A stretch of DNA of 64,000 nt. Origin: Schizochytrium sp. TIO01. Taxonomy: Eukaryota; Protista; Bigyra: Labyrinthulomycetes. The DNA lies in contig SMSO01000014.1 of the NCBI GenBank assembly GCA_004764695.1, positions 1,855,648 through 1,919,647 on the forward strand. Reading direction: 5' to 3'. Positions 46,601 through 57,173 of the stretch are shown here, in pieces (the first letter of the stretch is position 1; every line of letters begins with the position of its first letter). Under the pieces are notes generated by a model that did not search any database, was not told the DNA's origin, and was given only the letters and a program-made list of their open reading frames with translations. Made by a program: the position numbers and the translations under genes.

Positions 46601-47863
46601 CCTAAAACGGGTAAACTTTTGCCTAATGACTTTGGCGTCCCTGGAGAGTATGCAATGAAGCGTGCAACAGTTCGTTCTTTAGCACGCATGCGTGCGTGTT
46701 CATTGAAACCCCCTGATGAAGTTTGCGACCTCATTCTTACATTTCTTCGAGACAATGACAATTCTATCAATAACTACGATGATGGTGACTACCTCAAGGA
46801 TCTCATGGTAGCAGCTGCCGAAGTTGTTGTAAATTTTGTCGCAGGAACTTACAACGAGGAAGAAAAAGCGGGCAGCGATGTCGCTGAAAATATTGGGTCT
46901 CGCCGCACCATTCGACAGGTTCTTGGCAAGTACTACGAGATTATTGACCACATTCATCGTTATCTGCACTATGATGCTATTGAACCCAGTACCCAACATG
47001 CTGTAACGGTTGGTTGTTTGCGTGCATTGAGCTTGCTGGAAGCTGAAGGTATTTTAGAAGCTAGCACTCCTTACTTTGCTTACGCTGTCTTTAAGGCGCC
47101 TGTAAGACCGGAAAACAAGGCTGCAGCTGTAGTTGCTGCTCATGATTGGGGCCCCAATGTTCGCGAAGAGGCTTTCAAGGCCATTGTAGTAGCATACGTG
47201 AATCAACGTGGACGCCCTTCCATCTTTAAAGCGTCGGCAGCTGTAGATTGTAATATCGAATGGCTGCATGTAGTGAAGTGGATCATTGACTCGGTGGTTG
47301 CGGATCCGTGCCCTCAGCTGCGTTGGAATGTTGTCAAATTTATGCTTAAGATGCATGCAGACACTATCATGCGCACGTACCCAGAACTTGCTGACCATAA
47401 TTCGCCATCTGGCCTATTTTATCCCTTATCCGATGCCCCAGGTGACATTGACCAACGCGCTCGTGTTCCAACCACTGATATTGTGGCATCCTTGTGGGTA
47501 ACCATAAACGAATCTACAGAATACGATGGTCGCATGAGGCTAGCATGGGCACAGCTTTGGCGCGCCATTTGGCGGTTAAAAACACCGCCAATTGTAGAAC
47601 ACTCTATGACAACTGTTTCGAATTTAGGAAACTTTCTTGAAGGTTGGAGTGATGATGTTGAATACTTCTTGCAAGGGGCCCGACAAAAGATCCACGGAAA
47701 TAAAATGCGCAATAACAAACGACCGGCAGGTATTGGCTTCAACGCATTTGGAGGTCTCCCACCACCGCAATTACGTAGTACAAACAACGGAAGTCAAAAG
47801 CGTACGACCATCAAGTTGAAGTTCCGTACTCAGGTGTTGCAAGCAGATCAATTGAAATATTGA
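43646..47863 (+). CDS. TAF2: Transcription initiation factor TFIID subunit 2 (M1-aminopeptidase fold, non-catalytic)
   Basis: NCRQC.I..I.VNG; GELSI; VRIEY.LERPKAGLRF; GARCWFPCVD; YP..TYSQVF; LTFLRDNDNSINNYDD..YL. No HEXXH motif. Confidence 0.88.
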   Translation: MEVVEQRLAVRVDLARERLEGCTELLVCRRRDGFHAALATASISAQNLQKTATKDKVPSADSANGKPTTNAGNSSSASATSTLGSSKFQTSQTDDWDSSKKLVMNCRQCSIENIYVNGVSARWKLHEFMKKIVVEGNVRDLKTFYAFMTENLLASKDGELSIEIPASEISKDRLTVRIEYHLERPKAGLRFSGCGPHNAEGKWSYERGSNDKKHHSYVYSYSSMCSAETLGAACGARCWFPCVDTLQAKYPFELEVTAPLGLTVIASGERVETIVNEANSEQTVRFVHNDPIAPYNIGFCVGPFVERPAPNAEWIRIYHFPDAASKTALRKVTANLKAALVHMIRYFGVDKFPYPTYSQVFIAQEDAFADVVPFASMAFISEGILRTERSPTPDSSAGAGLMFGKHLHYEQARGAAYSFFGGRVGPKSEGDVWLVAGLAGLLAYRYAEATWKQAEYTPPQPTKQGNKMVKPRVPPMNPPLASKAREEHVFVGSTDPRELLTQPFTRMKQAKRRHEAVLQWHGPSGNVLQRPLQRPSPVSDPVNSCLWAARGIDFDCLLSQRATTTIHMLDKAANMGGLEEDDLGRDDPFAGVLRHYLTTALEEDAQHREWVRHGTIPTVEYARPVTSEFGDVDLGDDLQRQLNREYGSTGITEYDFLLHMCRISAFKPADFRAGDKDNFAAYWLRRCTFIELRAAVEYKSGTNELEFMFAQRGDDRLQAVKFPLAIRVVEEDDTWQYEKRITKGTARDPQKETIAMHTSRQRQRGGRKARTEKERINKWENPATLTTKELLTLMGLEGDDRVWHNENPVKYVVLDPEFIWPRQIAWRQSEIMNLELLSDSSLSKDVLAQTQALRDLSLSRSATDHLVSRPGGQSQSGGGSGTAAGTASTTTGASGGGESSSSMSAEAAFDLRNLCAISACILDYQRPARVRAEAMLSLAEWQSQHAPKVAYQPQYANLQLEQQPGSHPWVALNLALLAIRKMFFHPKTGKLLPNDFGVPGEYAMKRATVRSLARMRACSLKPPDEVCDLILTFLRDNDNSINNYDDGDYLKDLMVAAAEVVVNFVAGTYNEEEKAGSDVAENIGSRRTIRQVLGKYYEIIDHIHRYLHYDAIEPSTQHAVTVGCLRALSLLEAEGILEASTPYFAYAVFKAPVRPENKAAAVVAAHDWGPNVREEAFKAIVVAYVNQRGRPSIFKASAAVDCNIEWLHVVKWIIDSVVADPCPQLRWNVVKFMLKMHADTIMRTYPELADHNSPSGLFYPLSDAPGDIDQRARVPTTDIVASLWVTINESTEYDGRMRLAWAQLWRAIWRLKTPPIVEHSMTTVSNLGNFLEGWSDDVEYFLQGARQKIHGNKMRNNKRPAGIGFNAFGGLPPPQLRSTNNGSQKRTTIKLKFRTQVLQADQLKY

Positions 47864-48457
47864 CTCTAGCCTACTCTATATGGTCCAGCGAATGCTGCAC
47901 CCTTTTTAACTTATCTGTTTGCCCTTCAATATAAATCTTCTTCATAGAAGGTGGTTGGCTAGAAGCCCGTGGCTACTATATCCTCGGAAAAATAAAATAA
48001 AATAAAACGACATCATATTCAAACAATTTGGCAACTTGCAATGCTTGCAATAATCTCCTTCAAACTCATATAGATGCAATTAGACAGCTTTTGATACTCT
48101 CGGATTATGCGAAGAAATGACCCACGTATGTCGAAGAGAACGAATTCATAGTTAAAGAAGCAGTACTCAAAATATTTTGATTATTTTCTAAGAAAACCCC
48201 ATACCCTTTTTTCATCACGTTGAGAAGATTTTTGGAAAGAGGGTTGTGGGTGTTTACCATGTCTGGTTTGCGATTCATTCGAAATTTAACATGCATCAAC
48301 ACTACACAGAAGAATGAATATAAGTATATCTAACTCCATATATCTCTCTAGCTTGGGCACCCTTCCACGATAAAAAGAAGGAGCAAAACTCTCGTTTGAA
48401 GTTAACTTGGCAGAGCTTTACCAAGTAACTATCTCCAGTACAACAAAAGGCTTATTA

Positions 48458-51400
48458 TTAAGCGAGGTCGCGCATCCGACGCAGCATGAGGTGAATAAAC
48501 TGGCTGCTTGAGGAGTTAGATTTGACGACCTCTTCCAGCTGCTCAATCGGTGACTTTTCCTTAGCAGGATCAAAATAGTTTGCTAAAAGTTTGTCGTGCG
48601 CTAGCCAATTACGAACAGTACTAGGAGCTTGCGATCCAAAGGTTGCTGATGTAGATCCTTGACTCTCCTCCTCTGCGCTACTAATCTGCTTGAGGCGTGC
48701 AAAGAGAACAACCAGTGAACCTTCAAAGATAAATAAGAGCGTCGAGCAAGACCATTGTGCATATTGCGGGTACTGACTCCATGAGGCAATACTATTGGCC
48801 GAGTTTGCATCAACACTACGCTGAGGTTTACGATGTTCAGACAGAGCATCAGTGAAGCTGTTTGGTGAGCTGCGTGAAAGAGCAGCCAAGCAATGAGCGG
48901 TATAGTCAAGGCACAGAATGAGAGCATGTACGCGGGGATCATTACGACCCATGGACATATCCTCCTTCAGCTGAATCGCGTCCCTTCGAGCACGGGCATA
49001 CATAATAGCATGCTGCAGAAGTCTTCGCTGCTGAGAAAAGACATCAAGTTGGAAAAGAGAGACACTGTCAACACGCCGCATTAGGGAAAAATCGGGTGGT
49101 GCCGTAACAACTTCAGAGCGTTGTTTGGACTCAGGCCCTTTGCCAGGCTGAATAATATCTTTCCATTCTCCGCGTTGAGGTTGAGGGCTGCATATTTCGC
49201 GGATGAGGTCAAAGACAAGAGTATCAAATTCATCTGCAATAGAACCAAGTTCGCGAACTGTTGTATGGTTGTTATCACGCATGGCTTGTGCCAAAAGAGA
49301 AAGGATCAACGAAATCTCCTCGATGTCATTGATATAAATTGGAGAAAAGCCAACACTAGAAGCTACCATACGCTTTTGGACTCGAAAGAAGCACAGCACA
49401 TCCTTTTGTAACTGGGCTAAATCTGCAGTGCCAGTATTCCTACGGCTTGCTCGGAGAGTAGTGAACAGCGTCGTAAGGAAGCGAAGCAAAGGAAGCACCA
49501 AATCGTGACGACGCTCCTGGAGACTCTCGCCTGATGGAGTTGTGCCATCAGAATCAGAATTCATGTTCATCTCGCTATCATCGCTCATTGTATTAGCCCA
49601 GGCGTCAAGCGAGCGCTTATCGCATAATACCACAAGAGGTCTGTTGCTTAGGCGCTGCAAAAAGTCACTCTTGACAATTGCTTGGGCGCCGAGGGGAGAA
49701 CGTGCAGCAGTAGTAAGAACAGCCATAGAGAGCTCGTAGAACTTGTCGATTTGGGCATTGGCGATAAGTCGATCAGCACAGATGCGGTCTACAACACCAG
49801 AAAGCAACTGGCGCAAGACGCCGCGTTGGCGTAAGCGGGACAACCAAATTCCATCGTCAGAGTCACACTCAAGAAGAATCTTAAGAGTTGCCAAGCCAGT
49901 AACACGAGCCATTGGGGACTCAGACTCGAGGGCATCTGGTACAACAATCTCAAGTAAACTCAGGCGCTCACCCACATGCAAAGTGTCCAAAGTCGACCTG
50001 GCGCGCTTGCGAAGCTCTTGAAGTTCGTCGCTGCTCTCGAACTCTTCGGCGCTGGACAAGAACTCACGCTCGGAAATCCACTGCGGGAGCTGACTGAATT
50101 GATTTGCGAGGTTGATAGCGTAGTAGCGACGTTCTCCATTCACCAAAACACAAATTGCCGTGTACAAAGCAGCGCGAAGGTCAGGTGAAACGGATTCGGC
50201 ACTAGTGCCCATCCGTGCACGACTTCGCAAGGCCTCAATGATGCCCTCCAAGAGGCTGCGTTGCTCCTCGCGAGACAGGCGTGCTAAGCCGCGAACATCA
50301 CGAGAAGAATTCTTTAAGTGTTGCTGCTCACCACAGGAAAAGGAGGCGTTAAAGCTTCCTGTAGCCGCTGCTAGTGCCATTTCATTTGCTGACATTGGAC
50401 TCTGTGGGTCTTCATCACCATAACGCATCTGCGCAATCAATGAAGGTACCAGAGATGCCAACGGGTAGGCGAGGGCAACATGGGCGTCAGGGGTCCGCTT
50501 CAGCTTGGTAAGTAATGCCATGCAGAAGTTCACGAGGAGTTGATGATCTCCAGAGCCAAGGTTACAGGCACGGATCAGCTCCTCGCGGCAATCCACAAAC
50601 GAAAGCTTAACGATTGCGCGCCAAGCAGACACAATCTCCGCACGAGCGACGAGCAAATCGATGGCTCGGTTACGGCCTTCTGCCCATTCAAGAGCATTTT
50701 CCAGATCAAACCTCGTGCGTTTCTTATTCATATCATCAGCCTGTGAATTGATGAGATCCCTAGCCTGAGCACGAATTAGATCTTCGTTCACCTTATACAG
50801 CATCAGGCCGTGGTACTCCTGAAACGGAATCCAGAGAGGCCGGGCGTTCTGTTGCATAGAACGGCAAATATCTGGTACATGAGCAGATAAGGAAGCGTTC
50901 GAAGGGAAAGTTGTTGAAAGATTCATGAGTACCTCATGGATTCGGGCATCTGCTTCATCAACCTCGCCACGGCCTAGGTCACTAGAGAATAGTCCTTCGA
51001 GCATATCGTTGAGAGTCACAGAGGGAAGGGTTTTCAACCGAGCAATGCATAGATCAGAATAAACTCCGTTCATAACCCACGCAACACACTGCACAAAGTT
51101 TGCATCATCGCTCTTTGGGCCATCTGAGGCCAACAACTTGAAGTGGCGAAGCCAAAAATTATTGCGCTGTGTATTCAAACCAAAAGACATAGCAATCTCT
51201 GTAGGTTTGCTGCGGCACAATGAGAGGACCAGACGGTACATCAGTTCGGTAAGGCTGGTATCATTATCCGTGTCAAAATCGACTTCCTCAAGAACATCAA
51301 CTATGGCATTCAAGCAGCAGAGCCGGTTTGGGCGCAGGTCAATGGAATGATATGGCGAACTACGCGTGGCAATATCGTGTAAACCAAGCACAAGCTCAGA

Positions 51401-54400
51401 AACATTTCCCCGAGATAATGTAAGACCTTGAATCAACAGAATAATGATGCGTTTTCGCATCTTCATTCTTGCTACTTGATCTAAGTTAAGCACCTTATCT
51501 CCATCCGGGGCAGTCACAGTCTCATCTTCGATAGGTTCAAAGATGTTCGGGTTGAAGTTCATGTTTTCCGTGGCTTGGTTAGCCTCATCCCCGAATGAAT
51601 TTTTAAAGCACCTTGTGAGGTTTTCCACAAGCATATCTTGATTGCGATGTAATGCCTTGACGACTAACCCAGTGGGGGACTGTTCAGAAAGACGGAATAA
51701 CAGTTCGATAGAATTCATGCGCATTTCCGCAGAGTATGGGTATCCACAAAAGGCAGCAATTGTCGGCAAACGATCCTTCTGGTGGGTAAAGAGACGATGA
51801 AGACGCTCCAGACGGCTCTCAAGAGAGACATCCGAACGATGAATACCCTCAAAGAACCATTCTTCACGTTCTGAGACCTGCTTGAGAAGACGCAAAGCCA
51901 GACGCACGGCGTGTTCGCGCCAGCGACCTCCAAGATCGCCATCATCCCAGCCATACCATTTGCCCTCAACCTGCTCGTAGGATCTCACTTGAGAAGAAGT
52001 CTGATCACTTGCTAAGCGGAGTGCTGATGACCATCCAGCTGCATGAGGCTGAGAAAGCCATGAGGCGAATCTGCCACCATCGTAGAACTTCATAGGAGTA
52101 GAGCCGCTGGCCTCAGAACGCATGGCAGGAACACCATATTGCGCACCTGGTGCTTCACCTTGTGCTACGCTAGAGTTCCGAACATCTGAGTAGGCACGGT
52201 GTGAGGTCACAACAAACCATGGTTTTTTGCCCTGGCTACTTTGAGGCATAGAAAATGTTTGCTGGCCAAATTGGCCCATAGGCCCAGTGTACTGATTTGT
52301 TTCAGGCATGAAGGAATCGATTTCTGAAGCATATTGTTGAAGTTCAGCTGTAGATGTACTCTCCCGGCGTTCACGGATCCCTTCTTGGCCACCTGCCTCT
52401 TTAATGAGGTCAAGAAGCTGACGAAAGAATGCACTACCCTCGAGAAGTTTGGCCATAACCCAAAACCCAGTACTGTAGGTCTGGGAAGCATTGAAGTCAT
52501 TCTGAGCAGCTTGACTGTTGACAGTGTACTCACTCAGAATCTGCACAAAGATGCGCAAACAACCGGCTGCAAGACGCCACTTCTCACCAGAATCCCGAAA
52601 CTTGCGGTGATCAAGTTTCAAAAATACCTCAAAAAGAGTATACTCTAGGTATGGGAGCATTCCAGACCTCTGGTTTGGGACTTGCGATGGAGCAGCAGTA
52701 TTGTTGTAAGTACCATTACTATAGGGGATAAATGGCTGCGACATACCCCCAATCTGACCACTAGAATTCATATAATCCACACGGGACTGTTCGTTTGCTT
52801 CAGATCGGTGACCTTCGAGGTAACGATAGTTGTCATCCTTGACATCAGTGAGAAGCTTCCAGATAAGGTGAAGGTAACTGTTTGTCAGGGGATAGACATT
52901 ATTAACAGCCTCGCTGTGGTTCAAGTCGAGGCGAATGGCTTCTTGAATAGTTGGAATTCCAGTAAGAAAGCCCACTGCTCCATTCTGGATCCCGGTTACA
53001 GCTGGCTGCAACATAGAGCTGTTGACAGCCATTTGCATTCCAGGCTGACGAGCATTCATTCCCCAAGATCCATTGTTCGTGTTTACCTGTGCATCAGAAT
53101 CGAGCCAAGTCCAGAGGTTGCGATCGGCCGGTAGACTTTTTGCCACGAGCGATAGTGAGCGGATGATCTGGCCCTTGAGCGCTGGCTCCAGGCGACAACG
53201 AAGCATCGTTGTCACATAATTTACGAATTGGTTGAGCGGACACTCATGCAACACTTCAATGGCGGGAAGGTAAGTGAGGCAAGAATTAAGAGCTTCAAGC
53301 CAGCACGTCAGAACAAGCTGGTCTGCCAGAGGCATAAGCTCCTGCTGGTTCAAATGACTGACACCTGACTGTTGCTGTTGTTGCTGCTGTTCGGCGAGCT
53401 GATTAACAAAGGTTTCAAGAACAGAAAAGAGTTTGGAGAAGTCTAGAGGAGGGGCCGTGCTACCGCCGTGAGGATGAAGAAGAAATTTAGCATCCTCCTT
53501 GGACTGAGCAATGGTGCTGAGAAATCCCAGGTAAGCCACGTACAGCGATGTAGGATCATTGTCTTGTTCAACCTCCTGATTGACCTCGGTAAGAAAATTC
53601 CTCAGCAGCTCACTATCGTACCAAAGACAATAGGAACCATTCGATTCCAGCACACGAATTGCGCGAAGAAAGCCCAGGAGATCCTCCAAGGTATCTGCAA
53701 AGGCTTCCTTATCTTGGACAAATGGTCGCGAATTGGAATTGTGTGAAGTGAGCTGGCCATACTGGTTAGCAGGAGGGCGGCCGTATGCGCCAAGCATGGT
53801 ACTGGACGAAGGCGCATTGTTGGCAGAATAGTTGCTCCTTTCTTCCCGCAAGCGCAAGGCTTCGCGAGAGCGTGTTGAGTAAAGATCTTTGAGCATCTCC
53901 GAACCAAGAGCAGTTTCAACATTTGCAGTGACAAGCTTTCTTGCGAATGAGCAAAGAATACTAATGTAAGAGTTACGAAGATCATCCTGAATGAACTCGG
54001 CGCTGCGAAGGAGACCACGAAAGTAGGCAAGGCCACGGAGTTTATATCCTTGGTTCAGGGTATCGTTGCGATGAGTCTTGCTGGCAATATCTGAGCGTGG
54101 AAAATCCTCAACTCGAAGATCACCAATAAAAGCACCCCACAAGAGAATTGTCGCTCCATGAACACCTTGGTGCTTCCATTTAGCTGCCACGCCAGATCCG
54201 TTGCGTTGAGCATTTGCACCAGATGTGACAGTGGTGAGTGATGTTGCTTGGTGTCCACCCCACATCAAGGCTGGCGTGCCTTGCGGGGGCTTGGAGCCTA
54301 AACTAAGCGCAGAGGATGCGGCACCAGTTGCGTTAGTGTTTGCATCACGAAGCAAGTCAAGCTCGAGTTCGCAGCGCTCAATAAATTCTATGGATTCGCT

Positions 54401-55645
54401 CCGTACCGGCTTGGGCCCAACCTTCTGAGTAAATCGGTCGTACAGGTTGTCAAGGCGATCTAGTGCCGCTGCCAGGGCAAGCATGAGGACAAAGTGAGCT
54501 TCGTAGGAAGCCATTGTCTCCTGTTCATGTGAGCTTACTTGTTGGTCTTCCAGCCAGCGGACGGACATTTCGCGAACTAAGGAAATGAGACCAAGCGTTT
54601 CTTCGTTTGTTGCAATTACACCATTAAGCAATGCAAAGATGGTTTCAGCAATATGGCGTCGCTCTTTTTGAAGATACTGAATTTGCAGATTCAAGCTTGC
54701 CAGGTTGCGGCTCTGAGGGGCAAGAAGCACAGAGATTCGCGTGTTGTGCATGCTGATCCGCTTCAGCATAACCTCGCCAAGTTTGTGGTTGATGAGAAGT
54801 TCCCCTGTGATCTCACGAATTCGGGTTGAGCCAATTTGATCCTCGGAATTAGATGAGAAAAACGGAATGAGATTCTGAAGCAATGAGAGTTCAAGATTAC
54901 GCTTGTGATAGAAAAGGTGCACAGCAACTGAAAATGTGTTTGAAGAATCAAAACTAACCCCGACCTCATCAGGAAGTTCATTCTTTCTATACGCGCAGTC
55001 CCACAAGTTGAGGGCTTCAAGTTCTGCCAGTTCAAGTTCATCCGCAAGTCTAAGCACACTGATCACATCCACAGCTTCGCTGTCCATGTTACTAACCTTT
55101 TCCTTTTGTGCAGTATCTCTCTCGGGGTGTCGAAGTAAGTTGGCAATTTGAGGCACGAATCTATTCATGAGTGCGTCCTCAAAGCTGTCCAATTCCTCTT
55201 CATGCCCATCCATTTCATGGACATATGCGAGGCTCAAATTCCACGAAGTAAGCTCTTTAAGGACATCGCCAAACCTTTGCACGCCTTTCAAGGCCTCAGA
55301 AATTTTGCTACGCGCTGCCTGCGTTGTCGGATTCGCTGACCTAGATGCAGTAAAGCCACTCTGCTGATTCTGTGGAACGAGAGCTGTCTGAGTCTGATTT
55401 TGAGTTTGCTGTTGCGCAAAGCTGCCACCGAAGCCTCCGTTAGAGGAGCCCGGATTCTGGGCTCCAAAGCCACCTCCGAAGCTTCCATTGTTCGGGCCTC
55501 CGAAGAGGCTTCCTCCATTGCCGCTGGTTTGGCCTACGCCACTATTCTGGCCTCCAAAGAGGCCTCCATTGCTGCTCTGAGCATTGTTTTGACTGCCAAA
55601 AAGGCCTCCGTTGCTGCTCTGGCCACCAAACATGGCTCGATTCAC
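48458..55645 (-). CDS. NUP205: Nuclear pore scaffold protein Nup205/Nup192 with N-terminal FG/GLFG extension
   Basis: LRLADELELAELEALNL; YPLTNSYLHLIWKLL...PYLEYTLFEVFLKLDHRKFRDSGEKWRLA..CL.IF..IL; GFWVMAKLL. These parallel the NUP205 blocks YPLTRAFCQLI..PYLQFLRDSVF..AEKWEVA and GFSLMYHLL (recalled). Intronless 2395-aa, largely helical ORF. Confidence 0.85.
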   Translation of the reverse strand: MNRAMFGGQSSNGGLFGSQNNAQSSNGGLFGGQNSGVGQTSGNGGSLFGGPNNGSFGGGFGAQNPGSSNGGFGGSFAQQQTQNQTQTALVPQNQQSGFTASRSANPTTQAARSKISEALKGVQRFGDVLKELTSWNLSLAYVHEMDGHEEELDSFEDALMNRFVPQIANLLRHPERDTAQKEKVSNMDSEAVDVISVLRLADELELAELEALNLWDCAYRKNELPDEVGVSFDSSNTFSVAVHLFYHKRNLELSLLQNLIPFFSSNSEDQIGSTRIREITGELLINHKLGEVMLKRISMHNTRISVLLAPQSRNLASLNLQIQYLQKERRHIAETIFALLNGVIATNEETLGLISLVREMSVRWLEDQQVSSHEQETMASYEAHFVLMLALAAALDRLDNLYDRFTQKVGPKPVRSESIEFIERCELELDLLRDANTNATGAASSALSLGSKPPQGTPALMWGGHQATSLTTVTSGANAQRNGSGVAAKWKHQGVHGATILLWGAFIGDLRVEDFPRSDIASKTHRNDTLNQGYKLRGLAYFRGLLRSAEFIQDDLRNSYISILCSFARKLVTANVETALGSEMLKDLYSTRSREALRLREERSNYSANNAPSSSTMLGAYGRPPANQYGQLTSHNSNSRPFVQDKEAFADTLEDLLGFLRAIRVLESNGSYCLWYDSELLRNFLTEVNQEVEQDNDPTSLYVAYLGFLSTIAQSKEDAKFLLHPHGGSTAPPLDFSKLFSVLETFVNQLAEQQQQQQQSGVSHLNQQELMPLADQLVLTCWLEALNSCLTYLPAIEVLHECPLNQFVNYVTTMLRCRLEPALKGQIIRSLSLVAKSLPADRNLWTWLDSDAQVNTNNGSWGMNARQPGMQMAVNSSMLQPAVTGIQNGAVGFLTGIPTIQEAIRLDLNHSEAVNNVYPLTNSYLHLIWKLLTDVKDDNYRYLEGHRSEANEQSRVDYMNSSGQIGGMSQPFIPYSNGTYNNTAAPSQVPNQRSGMLPYLEYTLFEVFLKLDHRKFRDSGEKWRLAAGCLRIFVQILSEYTVNSQAAQNDFNASQTYSTGFWVMAKLLEGSAFFRQLLDLIKEAGGQEGIRERRESTSTAELQQYASEIDSFMPETNQYTGPMGQFGQQTFSMPQSSQGKKPWFVVTSHRAYSDVRNSSVAQGEAPGAQYGVPAMRSEASGSTPMKFYDGGRFASWLSQPHAAGWSSALRLASDQTSSQVRSYEQVEGKWYGWDDGDLGGRWREHAVRLALRLLKQVSEREEWFFEGIHRSDVSLESRLERLHRLFTHQKDRLPTIAAFCGYPYSAEMRMNSIELLFRLSEQSPTGLVVKALHRNQDMLVENLTRCFKNSFGDEANQATENMNFNPNIFEPIEDETVTAPDGDKVLNLDQVARMKMRKRIIILLIQGLTLSRGNVSELVLGLHDIATRSSPYHSIDLRPNRLCCLNAIVDVLEEVDFDTDNDTSLTELMYRLVLSLCRSKPTEIAMSFGLNTQRNNFWLRHFKLLASDGPKSDDANFVQCVAWVMNGVYSDLCIARLKTLPSVTLNDMLEGLFSSDLGRGEVDEADARIHEVLMNLSTTFPSNASLSAHVPDICRSMQQNARPLWIPFQEYHGLMLYKVNEDLIRAQARDLINSQADDMNKKRTRFDLENALEWAEGRNRAIDLLVARAEIVSAWRAIVKLSFVDCREELIRACNLGSGDHQLLVNFCMALLTKLKRTPDAHVALAYPLASLVPSLIAQMRYGDEDPQSPMSANEMALAAATGSFNASFSCGEQQHLKNSSRDVRGLARLSREEQRSLLEGIIEALRSRARMGTSAESVSPDLRAALYTAICVLVNGERRYYAINLANQFSQLPQWISEREFLSSAEEFESSDELQELRKRARSTLDTLHVGERLSLLEIVVPDALESESPMARVTGLATLKILLECDSDDGIWLSRLRQRGVLRQLLSGVVDRICADRLIANAQIDKFYELSMAVLTTAARSPLGAQAIVKSDFLQRLSNRPLVVLCDKRSLDAWANTMSDDSEMNMNSDSDGTTPSGESLQERRHDLVLPLLRFLTTLFTTLRASRRNTGTADLAQLQKDVLCFFRVQKRMVASSVGFSPIYINDIEEISLILSLLAQAMRDNNHTTVRELGSIADEFDTLVFDLIREICSPQPQRGEWKDIIQPGKGPESKQRSEVVTAPPDFSLMRRVDSVSLFQLDVFSQQRRLLQHAIMYARARRDAIQLKEDMSMGRNDPRVHALILCLDYTAHCLAALSRSSPNSFTDALSEHRKPQRSVDANSANSIASWSQYPQYAQWSCSTLLFIFEGSLVVLFARLKQISSAEEESQGSTSATFGSQAPSTVRNWLAHDKLLANYFDPAKEKSPIEQLEEVVKSNSSSSQFIHLMLRRMRDLA

Positions 55646-57173
55646 TCCGATGACGTATCGACTCGCCGAACTTGCTTTGCAGAAACCTTGTCAAAGATTC
55701 CGGGGCAATGGAAACACGTTTTTCGTGGGTTGCTGCCGCTAATCGGTGTAGCTGTCAATCGATAGCGAAGCCGGGCCGCTACTCCGTGTCTATGACTTTG
55801 GTAGCAACGCCTACGATGCTGGATTTCGATGTTTCAAACTGCCGCAAAAGCTGGCTTGGCTGAAGACGCCGCCACGGTTTCCACAGCCGCAGGAGCCACA
55901 GGCCTCTGGTGTAGCTGTGTCTCAGTCCCGCTGCGAAATCGCGGGCTCCGCGATACCGCTGCGAGCGAGGTCGGCTGGGCGCCGGTCGTTTGAAGTCTGT
56001 TTCTCCTTTGTTTACTAACTACTATCAATTGCGATTCATTCATTCAACTAAAATATCATTTATTCAATCGAGACCTTCAATCCAATCAAAATCAAAATTT
56101 TATTCCCAACTTGAACACGTTCGTTTTTATCAAAACACCTACCGTCACTGCCTTGGGGTCAGAGAGCATCACTCTGCAAGCCAAAATTAGACACACTCGT
56201 CAGCTCCACGCTAATGCTCTTGGATGAGATGCATTCGCCACAGGTATTCATTATCTTTCTTCTGTGGCTTCGAAGTTGTAACCGCGCTTCATCTCCTCAT
56301 AGGCTCTCAAGAAGAGTATCTATCCTATCTATCTATCAATCTATTTGTTACCTATCTGTACTAATACTGCCTGCATATGTTTATATGGCAGATATTAGTG
56401 GCGAGCAGGATTCGCCAGTGGCCCTTCGAGGAGAACTTTGGCGCGGAGTGGCGCCGGAGTCAGGACTGAGCACTTGAGGCGCATGAGGGAAAGATGAGGT
56501 ATCAGAGGCTTCAAGTTGTGAATACAGCGGAAACTAACTGACTTTTCACGGTGCAATGTAGAAAGAGACAACGTTAAGATGTGATGTATGTATGTATCAT
56601 TGTATATCTGCTTATTGTGATTGCAAAGAGCACATGGGTTGTGGAATCATCCAGTTTGAGAACTGGAATTGATTGCAGGAGTGGAAATAATTTGTGAATG
56701 TTGCTTCCTTGGTTAGCTTCTGATTTAGATTCCACGCATAGCAGTGTTTATATAAAGTTTATTATTAGGTTTTGAACTGTGGATTGTATAAATTTAACCA
56801 TTAATTGGGTAGAGATAGGACTCTGCCAACCTTATCCAACCCTTCCTTCAAACCATTCGTTAAACCCCAATGTAACTCTTGACGTGCTTAGCCCCCCCCA
56901 AAAAAAATTCTATGCAATCATCATTTCCTTTCTCATCAATCCTCAGTGTTTGGCCCTGATTTGAGCAATCCCATCCAGTTATTCTACCATTTATTGTACA
57001 ACGGTTATTTCTCGAGCCCAGTGCTCTTAGTGTGTCTAACCTTTCCACTAACACTCGTAATTAGAACGATAGTACTATTAACTAATAAGTATGGTTAATT
57101 TGTCGTCTCATACGAAGTGAAGAAGAAATTAAGCAAGTTATTACCATACAACGAGGCTGGAGGCGCTCTCACG

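Noticed and set aside
43406-55765. Numerous 60-150 aa antisense and alternative-frame ORFs over TAF2 and Nup205
   Set aside because: Expected shadows of long coding sequences; no independent motifs.
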